Shown here piece after piece: positions 28,950 to 39,847 of a stretch of 64,000 nt of DNA. The number at the start of each line of letters is the position of its first letter. The first letter of the stretch is position 1. The stretch covers positions 259,519 through 323,518 of the forward strand of contig JACOZV010000001.1 of NCBI GenBank assembly GCA_016181175.1. The letters are read 5' to 3'. The translations under genes were made by a program, and so were the position numbers. The notes under the pieces were generated by a model, which worked only from the letters and a program-made list of their open reading frames with translations, had not been told where the DNA came from and did not search any database. This stretch comes from Candidatus Yanofskybacteria bacterium (lineage in GTDB: Bacteria > Patescibacteriota > Minisyncoccia > 2-02-FULL-40-12 > IGHO2-01-FULL-4-A).

Positions 28950-30284
28950 CTAGCGGAATGCTTTTTTTAAGAGGATATTTATTGTTTTAAGTAAAATTCC
29001 CAGGTCTAAGATCAATGACCTGTTTTTTATGTAAAACAAATCATGCTGGAGTTTTTCATACGTATCTTTGATGGTCATGCCGCCGCGGAAGTCCAGCTTA
29101 TATTTGATTTGCGCCCAACCGGTCAGTCCCGGCTTGACCAAGTAGCGTTCTTCGTAAAAAGGGATTTCAGATTTTAATTTCTGGTGGAACTCGGGTCTTT
29201 CCGGGCGAGGCCCAACAAATGACATTTCGCCGCGCAATATGTTCCAAATTTGCGGTAGTTCGTCAATTCTTGTTTTGCGCAAAAACTTGCCGACTCGCGT
29301 AGTTCGAGCATCATTTTCAGCGGCCCAAATCGGACCCGTACTTTTTTCAATCTCCTGAAACATTGTCCTGAACTTTATTACGGTGAAAATTTTGCCGATT
29401 CGTCCCATTCGTCCTTGGTGATAGAAAACTTGACCACGCGAATCAAGTTTTATAGCTAAGATTATCAAGGGATAAAACGGCAGGGTCAGCAGCCCTATGA
29501 TTATGGTGCCGATTAAATCTAAAATTCTTTTTCCAGTTTCGTATCCGCGTCGGCTACCCTGAGAGAGGTTTTCCAAAAACCAAACCTGATCTATAGTTTC
29601 CAGTGGTATTCTTCCGGCAACTCGTTCATAAAAATCGGACAAGTTGAAAAAATTTATCCCAAAACCTACCAGGTGGTAAAACACGTCTATTATGTGCGGT
29701 ATCTTATAAACCGTCGGAGCCAGAACCAATGTCCGGATATTTTTTCTCTTAATCAGGTTGTCTAAAATTGCAGAAGCGGTTTTATCTCCAATATCAAGTA
29801 TGCCTAAGACGCCGTATCCCAGTTGTGGATTATTCAACAAAAAGTCGTAAAGCTCTTGAGATTGTTGACTCAAGCCGACTATTAATGTATTATTTTTGTA
29901 GCCGTTTTTGGCGGTGAGCCGATTAAAGAAAAAGCGCCAAAATCCTTGTAAGGCTGCAATAATGACAATAAAAACAAATAAGTTGGTTTTGGGGGCGATT
30001 CTAAAAAACTGGACAAAATAGAAGAAAAAAATAGAGATAGACGAAATAACGGCAATTGTATAAAAAAGATCGGAAAAAAAGCGGGCGTTATTTTTAGAAA
30101 GACCTATTTCATACAGATTGGAAATATAAAAAACTATTACCCAAACAACAAAAATAATGGTGAACGGTAGAAAGTGCATGCTGATCTGCTCGTCAAAACT
30201 ACGCCCATACCTTGCATAGAGGGTCAAAAAAAGCGCTAGATATAGGGTAATAATGTCGCCCAAGAAGAGTAAAAATTTACGCAT
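28950..30284 (-). CDS. polyprenyl-phosphate sugar phosphotransferase (bacterial sugar transferase, WbaP/PglC-like)
   Basis: C-terminal [25 protein letters not shown]; N-terminal TM helices; start moved to ATG abutting family-3 repeat. Confidence 0.8.
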   Translation of the reverse strand: MRKFLLFLGDIITLYLALFLTLYARYGRSFDEQISMHFLPFTIIFVVWVIVFYISNLYEIGLSKNNARFFSDLFYTIAVISSISIFFFYFVQFFRIAPKTNLFVFIVIIAALQGFWRFFFNRLTAKNGYKNNTLIVGLSQQSQELYDFLLNNPQLGYGVLGILDIGDKTASAILDNLIKRKNIRTLVLAPTVYKIPHIIDVFYHLVGFGINFFNLSDFYERVAGRIPLETIDQVWFLENLSQGSRRGYETGKRILDLIGTIIIGLLTLPFYPLIILAIKLDSRGQVFYHQGRMGRIGKIFTVIKFRTMFQEIEKSTGPIWAAENDARTTRVGKFLRKTRIDELPQIWNILRGEMSFVGPRPERPEFHQKLKSEIPFYEERYLVKPGLTGWAQIKYKLDFRGGMTIKDTYEKLQHDLFYIKNRSLILDLGILLKTINILLKKAFR

Positions 30285-30377
30285 CCCGTACGAGACAGGA
30301 AATGATTTATCTGAGTAAATCATTTCCGTGCCCATTTAATCTACTTTATTAATCCCGCCTAGATAACCATCGTAACC
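30285..30377 (-). repeat. family-3 element copy (lacks left arm), abuts sugar-transferase start
   Basis: ~90% identical to 22592-22689. Confidence 0.75.
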
Positions 30378-30391
30378 ATTTCGGTATTGGA

Positions 30392-31345
30392 ATGGTGGGG
30401 GAACCGATTAAAAGGTGGTTTGAAGAAAACCAAAAATATAGACGCGGAAAGGAACTGTTTTGTTACGATGCCGATCCCAAAAAGGGTTATAGCGATGACG
30501 TTAATTTGGCTGATATTATTTTTGTTGCCGTACCGACACCAACAAATCCTGATGGTAGCTGTAATGTTTCTATTGTACAAAGCGTTACCTCAACAATTAA
30601 TGACGGTAAGATCGTGATTATTAAATCTACAGTGCCGCCGGGGACAGTGGAGGGGCTGCAAAAGAAATATCCTAGCAAGAAGTTTGTTTTTAATCCGGAA
30701 TTTTTAACCGAGTCACAAGCTTGGCTTGATTTTATAAAGCCAAGCCGTCAGATTCTTGGCCACACAGCCCGAAGCTATGCTGACGTAAAAGAAATTATGG
30801 CTTTGCTTCCTCAAGCGCATTTTGAGCGCCCCTGGGCGAGTGATTATAGCAAGAAAGATATCAACGCTACCGAAGCGGAACTTGCCAAATATGCCAGCAA
30901 CGTTTTTGGCTATATCAAGGTAATTTATGGCAATATTTTAGCTGATCTGTGCCATGCTCTCGCAGTCAATTTTAAAAACAATAAAATAAATTCGGAAGTT
31001 ACCTACGAAAATATAAAAGAAGTTATTTCTGCAGATCCCAGAATCGGCCCGGCATGGCTCAATGTGGAGCATGGCAATTATTGCGGAGCCGGCGGATATT
31101 GTTTTCCCAAGGATATGAACGCCCTGATAAGTTTTGCAGAAAGTTTGGTTAAAGACTTGTCCAAGAATAAAAAGAACTTGGATTTGGTCACTTCTTTAAA
31201 AAAGGGTGTAGCTGTTTTAAGGGCTGTTACGGATTACAATAAGTCAATTCTTAATTTGCAGGGATTAACCATTGAAGATGTCTCGCGTCACGATAAAGAA
31301 ATTATTACGCTAAAACGCAAGCCGATACGAGTTAGAAAATCATAA
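30392..31345 (+). pseudogene. UDP-glucose/GDP-mannose dehydrogenase family protein lacking N-terminal ~45 aa (GxGxxG NAD-binding turn)
   Basis: begins at the GEPI...EPGL-equivalent region; ADIIFVAVPTP and catalytic-domain C motifs present; the missing 5' region is occupied by family-3 repeat and divergent gene. Confidence 0.5.
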
Positions 31346-31349
31346 AAAA

Positions 31350-32369
31350 ATGATCGATCAAATTATAAAAAAACGAAAAAAAGCAGTGGTAACCGGCGGG
31401 GCTGGTTTTATCGGGTCGCACTTAACGGACGCGTTGATAAAAGACGGTTTTGACGTTGTGGTTTTGGATAATCTTTCAACCGGCAAGAGATCGCAAGTCA
31501 ATAAAGCAGCCAAGTTCGTCAAAACAGATATCCGGAATCTTAAAAAAATCAAGCCATATTTCAAAGGAGCGGAATTGGTTTTTCATACCGCGGCTCAAGC
31601 GCGAATGCAGCCATCAATAAAAGATCCGACCCTTACTTTGGATAATAACGTAACAGGAACACTCAATGTTTTAATTGCGGCTAGCGATGCCGGAGTTAAG
31701 CGGTTAATTTACTCGGCTTCGTCTTCTTTTTACGGCGATCAAGAAACAGTGCCGTTTCATGAAGAAATGACACCAAATTTTAAAAATCCTTACGCGCTAT
31801 TCAAATATGTGGGTGAAAAACTATGCCAGCTTTTTACCGATTTGCATGGCTTAGAAACCGTTTCTTTAAGATATTTTAATGTCTATGGTCCGAGGCAATT
31901 GTCATCCGGTAATTATGCCACGGTAATTGGTATTTTTCTAAAACAAGAAAAACAGGGTAAGCCCCTTACAATTGTTGGTGATGGTAGAATGCGTCGAGAT
32001 TTCACACACGTTTATGATGTGGTAAGGGCAAATATGCTGGCGGCCCAATCCAAGAAAGTAGGCAGGGGTGAAGTAATAAATATCGGACCCGGCAAAAGTT
32101 ATTCAATAAACGAAGTGGCGGCAATGATTTTGGCACCAGATACATTCCAGTCGATGGGCGGTTCGCAGGCCAGAACCGTTGCAATTGAAAATTCACAACC
32201 CGAAGTTGTGCTTGCGGCCGCTCTTAAAAGTAACCGTGCTAAATATATTCCCCCGCGTATTAATGAATCTCAGCGCAGTTTAGCTAATAACTCAAAAGCC
32301 CGTGAACTTCTCGACTGGAAACCAACAATTTCATTTGAAGACGGCTTGGCGATGTTAAAAAAAATTTAA
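31350..32369 (+). CDS. NAD-dependent epimerase/dehydratase (UDP-sugar 4-epimerase/decarboxylase-like)
   Basis: VVTGGAGFIGSHL; YxxxK. Confidence 0.8.
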   Translation: MIDQIIKKRKKAVVTGGAGFIGSHLTDALIKDGFDVVVLDNLSTGKRSQVNKAAKFVKTDIRNLKKIKPYFKGAELVFHTAAQARMQPSIKDPTLTLDNNVTGTLNVLIAASDAGVKRLIYSASSSFYGDQETVPFHEEMTPNFKNPYALFKYVGEKLCQLFTDLHGLETVSLRYFNVYGPRQLSSGNYATVIGIFLKQEKQGKPLTIVGDGRMRRDFTHVYDVVRANMLAAQSKKVGRGEVINIGPGKSYSINEVAAMILAPDTFQSMGGSQARTVAIENSQPEVVLAAALKSNRAKYIPPRINESQRSLANNSKARELLDWKPTISFEDGLAMLKKI

Positions 32370-32436
32370 TTTATCTACTTTGAAGCAATTAAAAACCGGC
32401 TAGGCCGGTTTTTAATATTAGTGTAAGATTATTAGA

Positions 32437-34212
32437 ATGGAAAATAAAATTAAGTTGTACACTGTTTCTATTTTTGTATTTTTTATTTCGGTTTCTTTTA
32501 GCGCGAGTGCAGATACTCTTGGCCAAAATCAGCGGTTTTTTATCAGTTCGCAATATGACGCTCAATCACGCGAGTCAACTTCGGCTACCCTTAGGCATGT
32601 TTCAGAACACGCCTATTTTTATATTGCTGATGACTATTGGAATGTCATAAGTACGAATGCGCGTAATCAGGTTTTGAACAAAGTAGAAATTATTGCTCGT
32701 GAGTTCGACGGACGTATTTATCCTATTGAGACTCAATTTTTCGGTTCCGAACCCAATCCGGGTATTGATGGCGATTCTCGTATTACGATTCTAATGGCGC
32801 CGCTTATAGAAAACGCCGGTGGTTATTTTGATGCGGTTAATCAGTATAGCATTTCCGAAGCCAACAACTCTAACCAGAGGGAGATTATTTATCTGAACGT
32901 CAAAGAAGTGGCTGATCAAGCCAGGATGTTTATTTTTCTAGCCCATGAATTTCAGCACCTTATTTCTTTTAATCAAAAAGAAAAACTCCGAAATATCTAC
33001 GATGACATTTGGCTCAATGAGTTGAGGTCGGAATACGCGCCCACCCTGCTTGGTTATAACGATATCTTCCTGGGTTCAAATTTAGAAAAGCGTAGCCTTG
33101 ATTTATCAGATGCGCCATCCGACAGTTTAACCGAATGGAAAAACCTTCCGGCAGATTACGGTCAGATTGGCATGTTCAGTGAATATATAGCCGAACACTG
33201 GTCGCCTCAAGTAATAGCCGATACACTGAAGAATAATCTTAAAAGTATACCCAGTTTTAATTATGCGCTTTCGCAAAACGGATTTTCCGACAACTTCACT
33301 GATGTTTATCGAGATTGGCTTATTTCTAATTACTTGAACGACGATTCTTATAACGGTAAATTTGGTTATTCAAGGATAGACTTGGCCAATTTCAAGGTGT
33401 CAGCCACAAAAACCTTAAGTAATCTTGACGATAATGCTGCATTTCTTGTTTCTGGTTCTATAAAAGATTGGCAAGGCAGATGGTACGATCTTATTCAACT
33501 TGCGCCTGGTCAGAAGAACGTCTTGAAGATTTCTTTTACCTCGTCGTCACTGGCCAGTTTTTACGTTCCTTATGTTGTTTTTGATTCTACTGGTAAACAT
33601 CAATTATACATTTTCAATCCTACGCCTAGTTCTAACGCTATTTATGTTTCAAACATAGGAGCCGATGTTAGAAGAGTTTTGATTTTGCCTATTAAAAAAG
33701 ACAAACTTTCCAATTTTTTTATTAATGAAACGTCCGTACGGTTGGATACTACTTTTGAACGTGTTGCTTCGGTGCCGTCAATCATTTCCGCACCCGTTTC
33801 TGTAATGGCTGATTCTGTGCCATCTGTGTCTGATACTAAATACGAAATACCTAAAAATAATTTTCCCGACGGTTCTTTGATCCGCGCGCGCGGAGATTAC
33901 AAGGTTTATGTCGTAAAGGGTAAATGGCGAAGACACATAATAGATTCAAGGATTTTCAATTTTTATCCCGGACTTGGTTTTGAAAAAGTAACGGAAGTTG
34001 AACCGTCTATATTAAATCAGTATCAGGAAAGCGACCTTGTCCGTTATGCTGATAGCCAGCGAGTTTATAGTATTGATAAGATTGGTGTCCGCCACTGGTT
34101 AGATATAAGCGGCGCGCAATTCACTGCTTCTGGCCGTGCGTGGGACGCTATTTTTGAAGTTAATATAAGAGAGTTGAATTTCTACAAGATCGGGACTAGT
34201 ATAGTGGAATAG
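32437..34212 (+). CDS. secreted protein with HExxH zinc-metallopeptidase motif
   Basis: N-terminal signal peptide; FLAHEFQHLISF. Confidence 0.5.
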   Translation: MENKIKLYTVSIFVFFISVSFSASADTLGQNQRFFISSQYDAQSRESTSATLRHVSEHAYFYIADDYWNVISTNARNQVLNKVEIIAREFDGRIYPIETQFFGSEPNPGIDGDSRITILMAPLIENAGGYFDAVNQYSISEANNSNQREIIYLNVKEVADQARMFIFLAHEFQHLISFNQKEKLRNIYDDIWLNELRSEYAPTLLGYNDIFLGSNLEKRSLDLSDAPSDSLTEWKNLPADYGQIGMFSEYIAEHWSPQVIADTLKNNLKSIPSFNYALSQNGFSDNFTDVYRDWLISNYLNDDSYNGKFGYSRIDLANFKVSATKTLSNLDDNAAFLVSGSIKDWQGRWYDLIQLAPGQKNVLKISFTSSSLASFYVPYVVFDSTGKHQLYIFNPTPSSNAIYVSNIGADVRRVLILPIKKDKLSNFFINETSVRLDTTFERVASVPSIISAPVSVMADSVPSVSDTKYEIPKNNFPDGSLIRARGDYKVYVVKGKWRRHIIDSRIFNFYPGLGFEKVTEVEPSILNQYQESDLVRYADSQRVYSIDKIGVRHWLDISGAQFTASGRAWDAIFEVNIRELNFYKIGTSIVE

Positions 34213-34237
34213 TTTTTTCAAAATTGGGAGGATAAAT

Positions 34238-35176
34238 ATGAAGTTGCCGGACTTTATAAGACAAAATGTTCCATTGGCCGGCTACTCTACGCTGGGAGTG
34301 GGCGGTACGGCTGACTATTTTACTGATATCAAAAGGATCAAAACATATAATTCCAGGTCTGAAGAAACTTACATTCAGGAAGCCAAGGCGGAGTTTTTTG
34401 TTAATCTGTGCGAAACTCATGAATTTGCAAAAGAAAACGGACTTGATATTTTTGTTCTTGGGCGTGGTTCTAATATTATGTTTGCCGATTCCGGTTTTCG
34501 GGGATTAGTTTTGCGCATGGGCATGTCGCGGGTGCATTTTTACAATGACGAATTATGGGTTGAAGCGGGAGTATTAGTTTCTGAACTGGTTACGCTGTAC
34601 GAAAATGGTTACATGGGATTGGAGTGTTTTGCAGGTTTACCCGGCACTGTTGGCGGTGCAATCTTCGGAAATGCCGGTTGTTACGGCGGACAGTTCTGGG
34701 ATGTGGTTGAGGAGGTTATGTTTTTTGACGGGGAATATTTTAAAACTATAAAAAAAGACCCGGTTCTGTTCGGCTATCGCCAGAGTATTTTTAAAAGAAA
34801 TCCCAACTGGATTATTACTGGCTGTCGTTTAAAATTTGAGCCAAAAGACAGAGAACTAGTTGTAAAAGAAACAAAAAGAATAAGAAAATTGCGCCAGACA
34901 AGTCAGCCAAAATCGCCCAGCGTTGGTTGCATTTTTAAAAATCCGGATGTTGACGGTGAAAAAGTATCAGCCGGTTTGCTTATTGAAAGAGCCGGTCTTA
35001 AGGGTATGTGCATTGGCGGGGCGATGATATCTTACGAGCATGCCAATTTTTTTATAAATCTTGGTGGCGCCATTGCAAGCGATTTTCTTAAGCTGATTAA
35101 AGTTGCCAAGAGCCGCGTTCTTGAACAATCAGGAATTTTACTGGAAGAAGAAATTATTCAAATCGGAGAGTTTTAA
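34238..35176 (+). CDS. murB: UDP-N-acetylenolpyruvoylglucosamine reductase
   Basis: LAGYSTLGVGGTADYF FAD-binding N-terminus; C-terminal MurB domain. Confidence 0.85.
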   Translation: MKLPDFIRQNVPLAGYSTLGVGGTADYFTDIKRIKTYNSRSEETYIQEAKAEFFVNLCETHEFAKENGLDIFVLGRGSNIMFADSGFRGLVLRMGMSRVHFYNDELWVEAGVLVSELVTLYENGYMGLECFAGLPGTVGGAIFGNAGCYGGQFWDVVEEVMFFDGEYFKTIKKDPVLFGYRQSIFKRNPNWIITGCRLKFEPKDRELVVKETKRIRKLRQTSQPKSPSVGCIFKNPDVDGEKVSAGLLIERAGLKGMCIGGAMISYEHANFFINLGGAIASDFLKLIKVAKSRVLEQSGILLEEEIIQIGEF

Positions 35177-35352
35177 CCCGCCATTAAGGCGGTTTTAATT
35201 TGCCGCCAAGTTATCCACTTTTTTATAATAAAAAAATTTTTTCGTGATATAATTAATAAGTAAGTGGAAAATATTTTTGATAACAAAAATATTTTTGAAA
35301 ACTTTTGACGGCTTGGTCAGTCGTCATATTAGGAGGGCGAGATAACTGATCG

Positions 35353-35370
35353 CTAGAAACTAGTTTCTAG
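35353..35370. promoter_or_regulatory. perfect 18-bp palindrome ctagaaactagtttctag (operator-like)
   Basis: self-complementary. Confidence 0.4.
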
Positions 35371-35465
35371 GAACTAGCAAAAAGTTGTCTCGTGACTTCA
35401 AAGCCAAATGGCAAAGAAAAAGAAGGCAAAGAAGAAGAAGAGAATATAAGCTTCTTCGCGCCGGA

Positions 35466-35498
35466 AGGCGTACTCCGAAAACCCCGCGTTGCGGGGTT
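35466..35498 (+). terminator. rho-independent terminator
   Basis: aaaaccccgcgttgcggggtttt. Confidence 0.65.
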
Positions 35499-35531
35499 TT
35501 CAATTTGTTTATTTTGTGATAAATTATAGGG

Positions 35532-35690
35532 GCTTAGCGAATAATACCTTCTATCACCATTTGTCGCCCCAGCGAGGCGACTGCATTCCGTCAAAAATAT
35601 TAATTTTGATTTTGTTGAAGAAATATTGTAACAAAATCAAACCATGCAATTAACACTTTTGACGGTGCTATAAGGTATTATTCGCTAAGC
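35532..35690 (+). repeat. family-1 TIR/stem element
   Basis: gcttagcgaataatacc...ggtattattcgctaagc termini; tatcacc, ccccagcgag, ccgtcaaaa / ttttgacggtgctata. Confidence 0.75.
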
Positions 35691-35700
35691 CCGTTCATAT

Positions 35701-36036
35701 ATGCGTACAATGATTCATACTAAAAACCTGGAGCTGACTCCGTCAATAGAAATTTTTGTTAAACAAAAGATGGATACGATTGCCAAGCTTTTTAAGCCAG
35801 GTGAACAATTAACCGAGGCGCGTATTGAAATTGGTAAGCCCTCTAGTCATCACCAAAAAGGCCCGGTTTATTATGCCGAGATTAACCTCAAAATAGGCGG
35901 CAAGTTATTGAGAGCTACTACCGAACACGTGGATCTTCGAACCGCCATTGACTTTGCTAGGGACGAAGTTGAACGTCAAATCAAAAAATTTAAATCTAAA
36001 ATTAGAGATACACAGAGGATTCCAAAACGGTCATGA
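35701..36036 (+). CDS. hpf: ribosome hibernation-promoting factor / RaiA family
   Basis: MIHTKNLELTPSI... typical S30AE family. Confidence 0.8.
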   Translation: MRTMIHTKNLELTPSIEIFVKQKMDTIAKLFKPGEQLTEARIEIGKPSSHHQKGPVYYAEINLKIGGKLLRATTEHVDLRTAIDFARDEVERQIKKFKSKIRDTQRIPKRS

Positions 36037-38768
36037 ATTTATTATCCAAAATATTCGGTGATGCCAATCAGCGGACAGTTGATAGTTACAAGCCGATTGT
36101 CCAGAAAATAAACGAGCTCGAACCGACGTTCGAGCGTTTTTCATTTGATGAACTTCGGAGCAAGACAACTGAATTTAAACAACGGCTTGCTGGTGGTGAA
36201 TCACCAGATGACATATTGCCTGACGCCTTTGCTATGGTCCGTGAAGCATCCAAGCGCACGCTTGGCCAGAGGCACTTTGATGTTCAGCTGATGGGTGGCG
36301 TAGCGCTTCATCAAGGTAAAATTTCTGAAATGAAAACCGGTGAAGGCAAGACTTTGGTCGCAACTCTGCCAGCCTATCTCAATGCGCTTACTGGGCGCGG
36401 TGTCCACATAGTAACCGTTAACGATTATCTTTCACGACGCGATGCGGTTTGGATGGGTCAAATATATCACTTGCTTGGATTAACTGTGGGATGTATTAAC
36501 CACGAATCATCTTTTGTATACGATCCGCTACATAGTGAAATTCAAAATGATAATTTAAAATTTAAAAGTGAAAAGGAAAATGAAAAATCAGAAAAGTTAG
36601 ATGAAATACGCGATACAACCGGTTCATTTCGGGTTGTGCATGAATTCTTAAGACCGGTTACAAGACAAGAGGCTTACGAGGCGGACATAACCTATGGTAC
36701 CAACAATGAATTCGGTTTTGATTATCTGCGTGACAATATGGCTTATGAGCTGGTGCAAATTGCACAAACTAAATCCCACAATTACGCAATAGTAGACGAG
36801 ATTGATTCCATTTTGATAGATGAAGCGCGCACTCCACTCATTATTTCCGCGCCAGACTCCGATTCAACCAAACTTTACGAAACTTTTGCCAAAATCGTTC
36901 CGCGTCTTCATGAAAACGAAGATTACAATGTTGATGAAAAATTAAAGGCCGTGTCAATTACCGAGAAAGGTATTGAAAAAGTTGAAGGCATGCTTAACTT
37001 AAAAAATATTTACGAAGAAGGCGGTACTCGCTATGTCCACCACCTTGAGCAAGCGTTAAAGGCGGAAATACTTTTTCACCGCGACAAAGACTACGTTGTT
37101 AAAGATGGAGAAGTTATTATAGTTGATGAGTTTACGGGGCGTTTGATGCCGGGCCGACGCTGGTCGGAGGGATTGCATCAGGCCGTGGAGGCTAAGGAGG
37201 GCGTTTACGTGCAGAAAGAATCGCGCACATTTGCCACGATTACTTTTCAAAATTATTTTCGTTTGTACAAAAAACTGGCAGGCATGACCGGTACGGCGCA
37301 GACATCTGCTGAAGAATTCCACAAAGTTTACAAACTTGATGTTGTTTCAATTCCGACAAATAAACAAATGGTTCGTAACGATTTACCCGATCGCATTTAC
37401 AAAACTGAAGCCGGCAAATTAAGGGCGATTGTCGCTGAAATCAAAGATCGTCATTTGAGGGGTCAACCGGTGCTTGTCGGCACCGCGGCGATTACCAAGA
37501 ATGAACTTTTATCGGTTCATCTCAATCGGGAAGGTATTCCGCATAAAGTATTAAATGCTAAAAATCACGAGCAGGAAGGTGAAATCATTGCTCAAGCTGG
37601 TCGTCCGGGTGCCGTAACGGTAGCGACCAATATGGCGGGAAGGGGAGTTGATATTATTCTTGGCGGCAATCCGCTAGACACAGAAGAAGCAATCAGGGTT
37701 CGCGAATATGGTGGTTTGCACGTTATGGGCACTGAGAGACACGAGGCGAGACGGATTGACAACCAATTGCGCGGGCGCGCTGGTCGTCAAGGCGATCCCG
37801 GTTCCTCACAATTTTTTGTATCCACCGAAGATGAATTAGTGCGCATATTCGGCGGTGACCGTTTAAAGAACCTCATGGATCGCTTGGGAGTGGGCGAGGA
37901 TGATGTTATTGAAAACCGATTTATTTCACGCGCTATTGAACAAGCGCAATCCAAGATTGAGGGCAACAACTTTGACATAAGAAAATACGTCTTAGAATAT
38001 GACGATGTAATGAATAAGCACAGAACAGCGATTTATGGATTGCGCAACGATATACTTAGATCGGCTAATACCAGAGAAAAAACACTAGATTATGTCCACA
38101 ATCAAATTGATAAAATTTTGCAATTCCATACAAGTGTCACTTCGGAATCTTTTAGTGAGGGATGGAATATTGAAGAAATTGCCGAAAACATCAAAACTAT
38201 TATACCCATTGAAAATGACCTGCACGGCAAGTTAAAAGAAATTTCAACCACAAAGGACCCGAACCAATTATCAGAATTTTCTCACAAAATAATTGATGAT
38301 GCCTATGCTGCACGTGAAAAGCAGGTTGGTGTTGAAGCAATGAGGCATCTTGAAAAAATGGTTTTACTACGTGTGATTGACGAATTGTGGGTTGACCATC
38401 TTGAGCAAATGGAATATCTGCGTGATTCGGTGCGTTTACGCGCCTACGGTCAGCGTGACCCGTTGGTTGAGTATAAAATAGAAGGCCAGAAAATGTTCAA
38501 CCAATTGCAAGAGGCAATCGGCGCGCAAGTCGCCGGCATGATTTTTAAAGTAGGATTTGTTCACCCCGAACGAAGCCGTAAGGGAACGCAGCATGCTCTT
38601 GCTTCATCTGGAGTTCAGAAATCGAATGCTATGGTAATTGAAGAAAAGCGTCGCAATGATCAAGAACAAAGTCGGTTGGCAAATGTTCATGACCATAATA
38701 AAATAGGCAGGAATGATCCCTGCCCTTGCGGGTCTGGTAAAAAATATAAGAAGTGTCATGGAAAGTGA
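36033..38768 (+). CDS. secA: preprotein translocase ATPase SecA
   Basis: 911 aa; MKTGEGKT Walker A; C-terminal CPCGSGKKYKKCHG zinc motif. Confidence 0.95.
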   Translation: MNLLSKIFGDANQRTVDSYKPIVQKINELEPTFERFSFDELRSKTTEFKQRLAGGESPDDILPDAFAMVREASKRTLGQRHFDVQLMGGVALHQGKISEMKTGEGKTLVATLPAYLNALTGRGVHIVTVNDYLSRRDAVWMGQIYHLLGLTVGCINHESSFVYDPLHSEIQNDNLKFKSEKENEKSEKLDEIRDTTGSFRVVHEFLRPVTRQEAYEADITYGTNNEFGFDYLRDNMAYELVQIAQTKSHNYAIVDEIDSILIDEARTPLIISAPDSDSTKLYETFAKIVPRLHENEDYNVDEKLKAVSITEKGIEKVEGMLNLKNIYEEGGTRYVHHLEQALKAEILFHRDKDYVVKDGEVIIVDEFTGRLMPGRRWSEGLHQAVEAKEGVYVQKESRTFATITFQNYFRLYKKLAGMTGTAQTSAEEFHKVYKLDVVSIPTNKQMVRNDLPDRIYKTEAGKLRAIVAEIKDRHLRGQPVLVGTAAITKNELLSVHLNREGIPHKVLNAKNHEQEGEIIAQAGRPGAVTVATNMAGRGVDIILGGNPLDTEEAIRVREYGGLHVMGTERHEARRIDNQLRGRAGRQGDPGSSQFFVSTEDELVRIFGGDRLKNLMDRLGVGEDDVIENRFISRAIEQAQSKIEGNNFDIRKYVLEYDDVMNKHRTAIYGLRNDILRSANTREKTLDYVHNQIDKILQFHTSVTSESFSEGWNIEEIAENIKTIIPIENDLHGKLKEISTTKDPNQLSEFSHKIIDDAYAAREKQVGVEAMRHLEKMVLLRVIDELWVDHLEQMEYLRDSVRLRAYGQRDPLVEYKIEGQKMFNQLQEAIGAQVAGMIFKVGFVHPERSRKGTQHALASSGVQKSNAMVIEEKRRNDQEQSRLANVHDHNKIGRNDPCPCGSGKKYKKCHGK

Positions 38769-38810
38769 GGATAAAAAACCGTTGGTTGGACCAACGGGTG
38801 ACAAAAAAAT

Positions 38811-39107
38811 TTACTCTCTAATTGGGCAGACAATTCTAGTTTCTTTGCCATTATTTTTAATGTGCCTATCTTGAGGATTTTGGAGGTCAATTGCCGATTT
38901 GCAGTTGGGGCAAGTCTTCAGATTGTTCGGGTAAACAAATTGCCCGCATTCCGTACACCATTCCACAATAGTGCCATTGCGCTTTATTCCATAGCGGAAA
39001 GGAGAATTGCCGCAGAGCGGATGGAAGCGTCCTTTGTTGGGGCACAGGTCTTTAATTCCTAAGCTGCGTGCATCTTCCTCAAGCTCACTAAGCATTTTAG
39101 ACCTCAC
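38811..39107 (-). CDS. Cys-rich double zinc-ribbon protein
   Basis: CTECGQ...CPNCK. Confidence 0.4.
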   Translation of the reverse strand: MRSKMLSELEEDARSLGIKDLCPNKGRFHPLCGNSPFRYGIKRNGTIVEWCTECGQFVYPNNLKTCPNCKSAIDLQNPQDRHIKNNGKETRIVCPIRE

Positions 39108-39167
39108 CTGATTTTAAGCCGCTTTCATGTTTAAAATTAACTGTTAATATTAATAGAGTCAACCCCG

Positions 39168-39240
39168 TTAGAAGTCTCGCTCGTGCCTAATGGCACGAGT
39201 CCGAAGGACATCGGCGAGGCCACTTCTAACGGGGTCAACC
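39168..39240. repeat. family-2 inverted repeat, ORF-less (gtcaaccccgttagaagt...acttctaacggggtcaacc)
   Basis: arms share gttgaccccg core with 9161 element. Confidence 0.7.
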
Positions 39241-39276
39241 CGTCCCCACTTGGAAAGCATTTGCTTTTTATCTTTC

Positions 39277-39720
39277 ATGAAAAACAAAAATAAAATTATT
39301 ATAGTCGTGTCAGGCGGTATGGATCCGCTTCATCCGGGCCACATACGTCTTTTCCAGGAAGCCAAGAAGTTGGGCGATGAGCTTGTTGTCATTCTAAATA
39401 ACGACAACTGGTTGAAAAAGAAAAAAGGTTACGTGTTTATGTCTGAAAAAGAACGCAAGGAAGTCATTGAGGCAATCAAGGGGGTTGATCGGGTAATTCT
39501 TACTAAACATTCGTCTAAGACGTTAGATATGAGTGTGCGTGCCGAACTGAAAAAAATTCGGCCCCACATTTTTGCAAACGGCGGCGACAGAAACGAAGGT
39601 AATATTCCAGAAATTGCTGTTTGCAAAAAAATAGGATGCAAGGTGGTTTTTAATGTCGGACGAGGAGGCAAAATCGCTTCAAGTTCTAAACTTGTTGCCG
39701 GCTTTGCAAAAGAAAGTTAA
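39277..39720 (+). CDS. cytidylyltransferase-like nucleotidyltransferase (HxGH; glycerol-3-P cytidylyltransferase/heptose-1-P adenylyltransferase family)
   Basis: IIVVSGGMDPLHPGHIRLF. Confidence 0.75.
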   Translation: MKNKNKIIIVVSGGMDPLHPGHIRLFQEAKKLGDELVVILNNDNWLKKKKGYVFMSEKERKEVIEAIKGVDRVILTKHSSKTLDMSVRAELKKIRPHIFANGGDRNEGNIPEIAVCKKIGCKVVFNVGRGGKIASSSKLVAGFAKES

Positions 39721-39724
39721 TAAT

Positions 39725-39847
39725 GAATCCCGAACGAGACAGCTAATTTTTACCTTGCTAAATAATTGCCGTGTTATTAGTTGTCATTTATGGCGGGATT
39801 ACTTATAATCAACGGAAATGCATAAAGCATTTCCTGTCTCGTACGGG
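39725..39847 (+). repeat. family-3 element spanning the whole intergenic spacer (arm after stop, arm before ATG)
   Basis: gaatcccgaacgagacagc ... ggaaatgcataaagcatttcctgtctcgtacggg-ATG. Confidence 0.75.

Noticed and set aside
30359-30678. Small ORFs 30359..30580 (-), 30387..30617 (+) and 30487..30678 (-)
   Set aside because: They overlap the repeat element and the Ugd-family ORF, and have no support.
39190-39276. N-terminal extensions of ORFs 39190, 39818 and 28950..30335 as given in the ORF track
   Set aside because: The extensions are encoded by repeat-element sequence. Conserved protein families begin at internal Met codons that directly follow the repeat, so starts were moved to 39277, 39848 and 30284.
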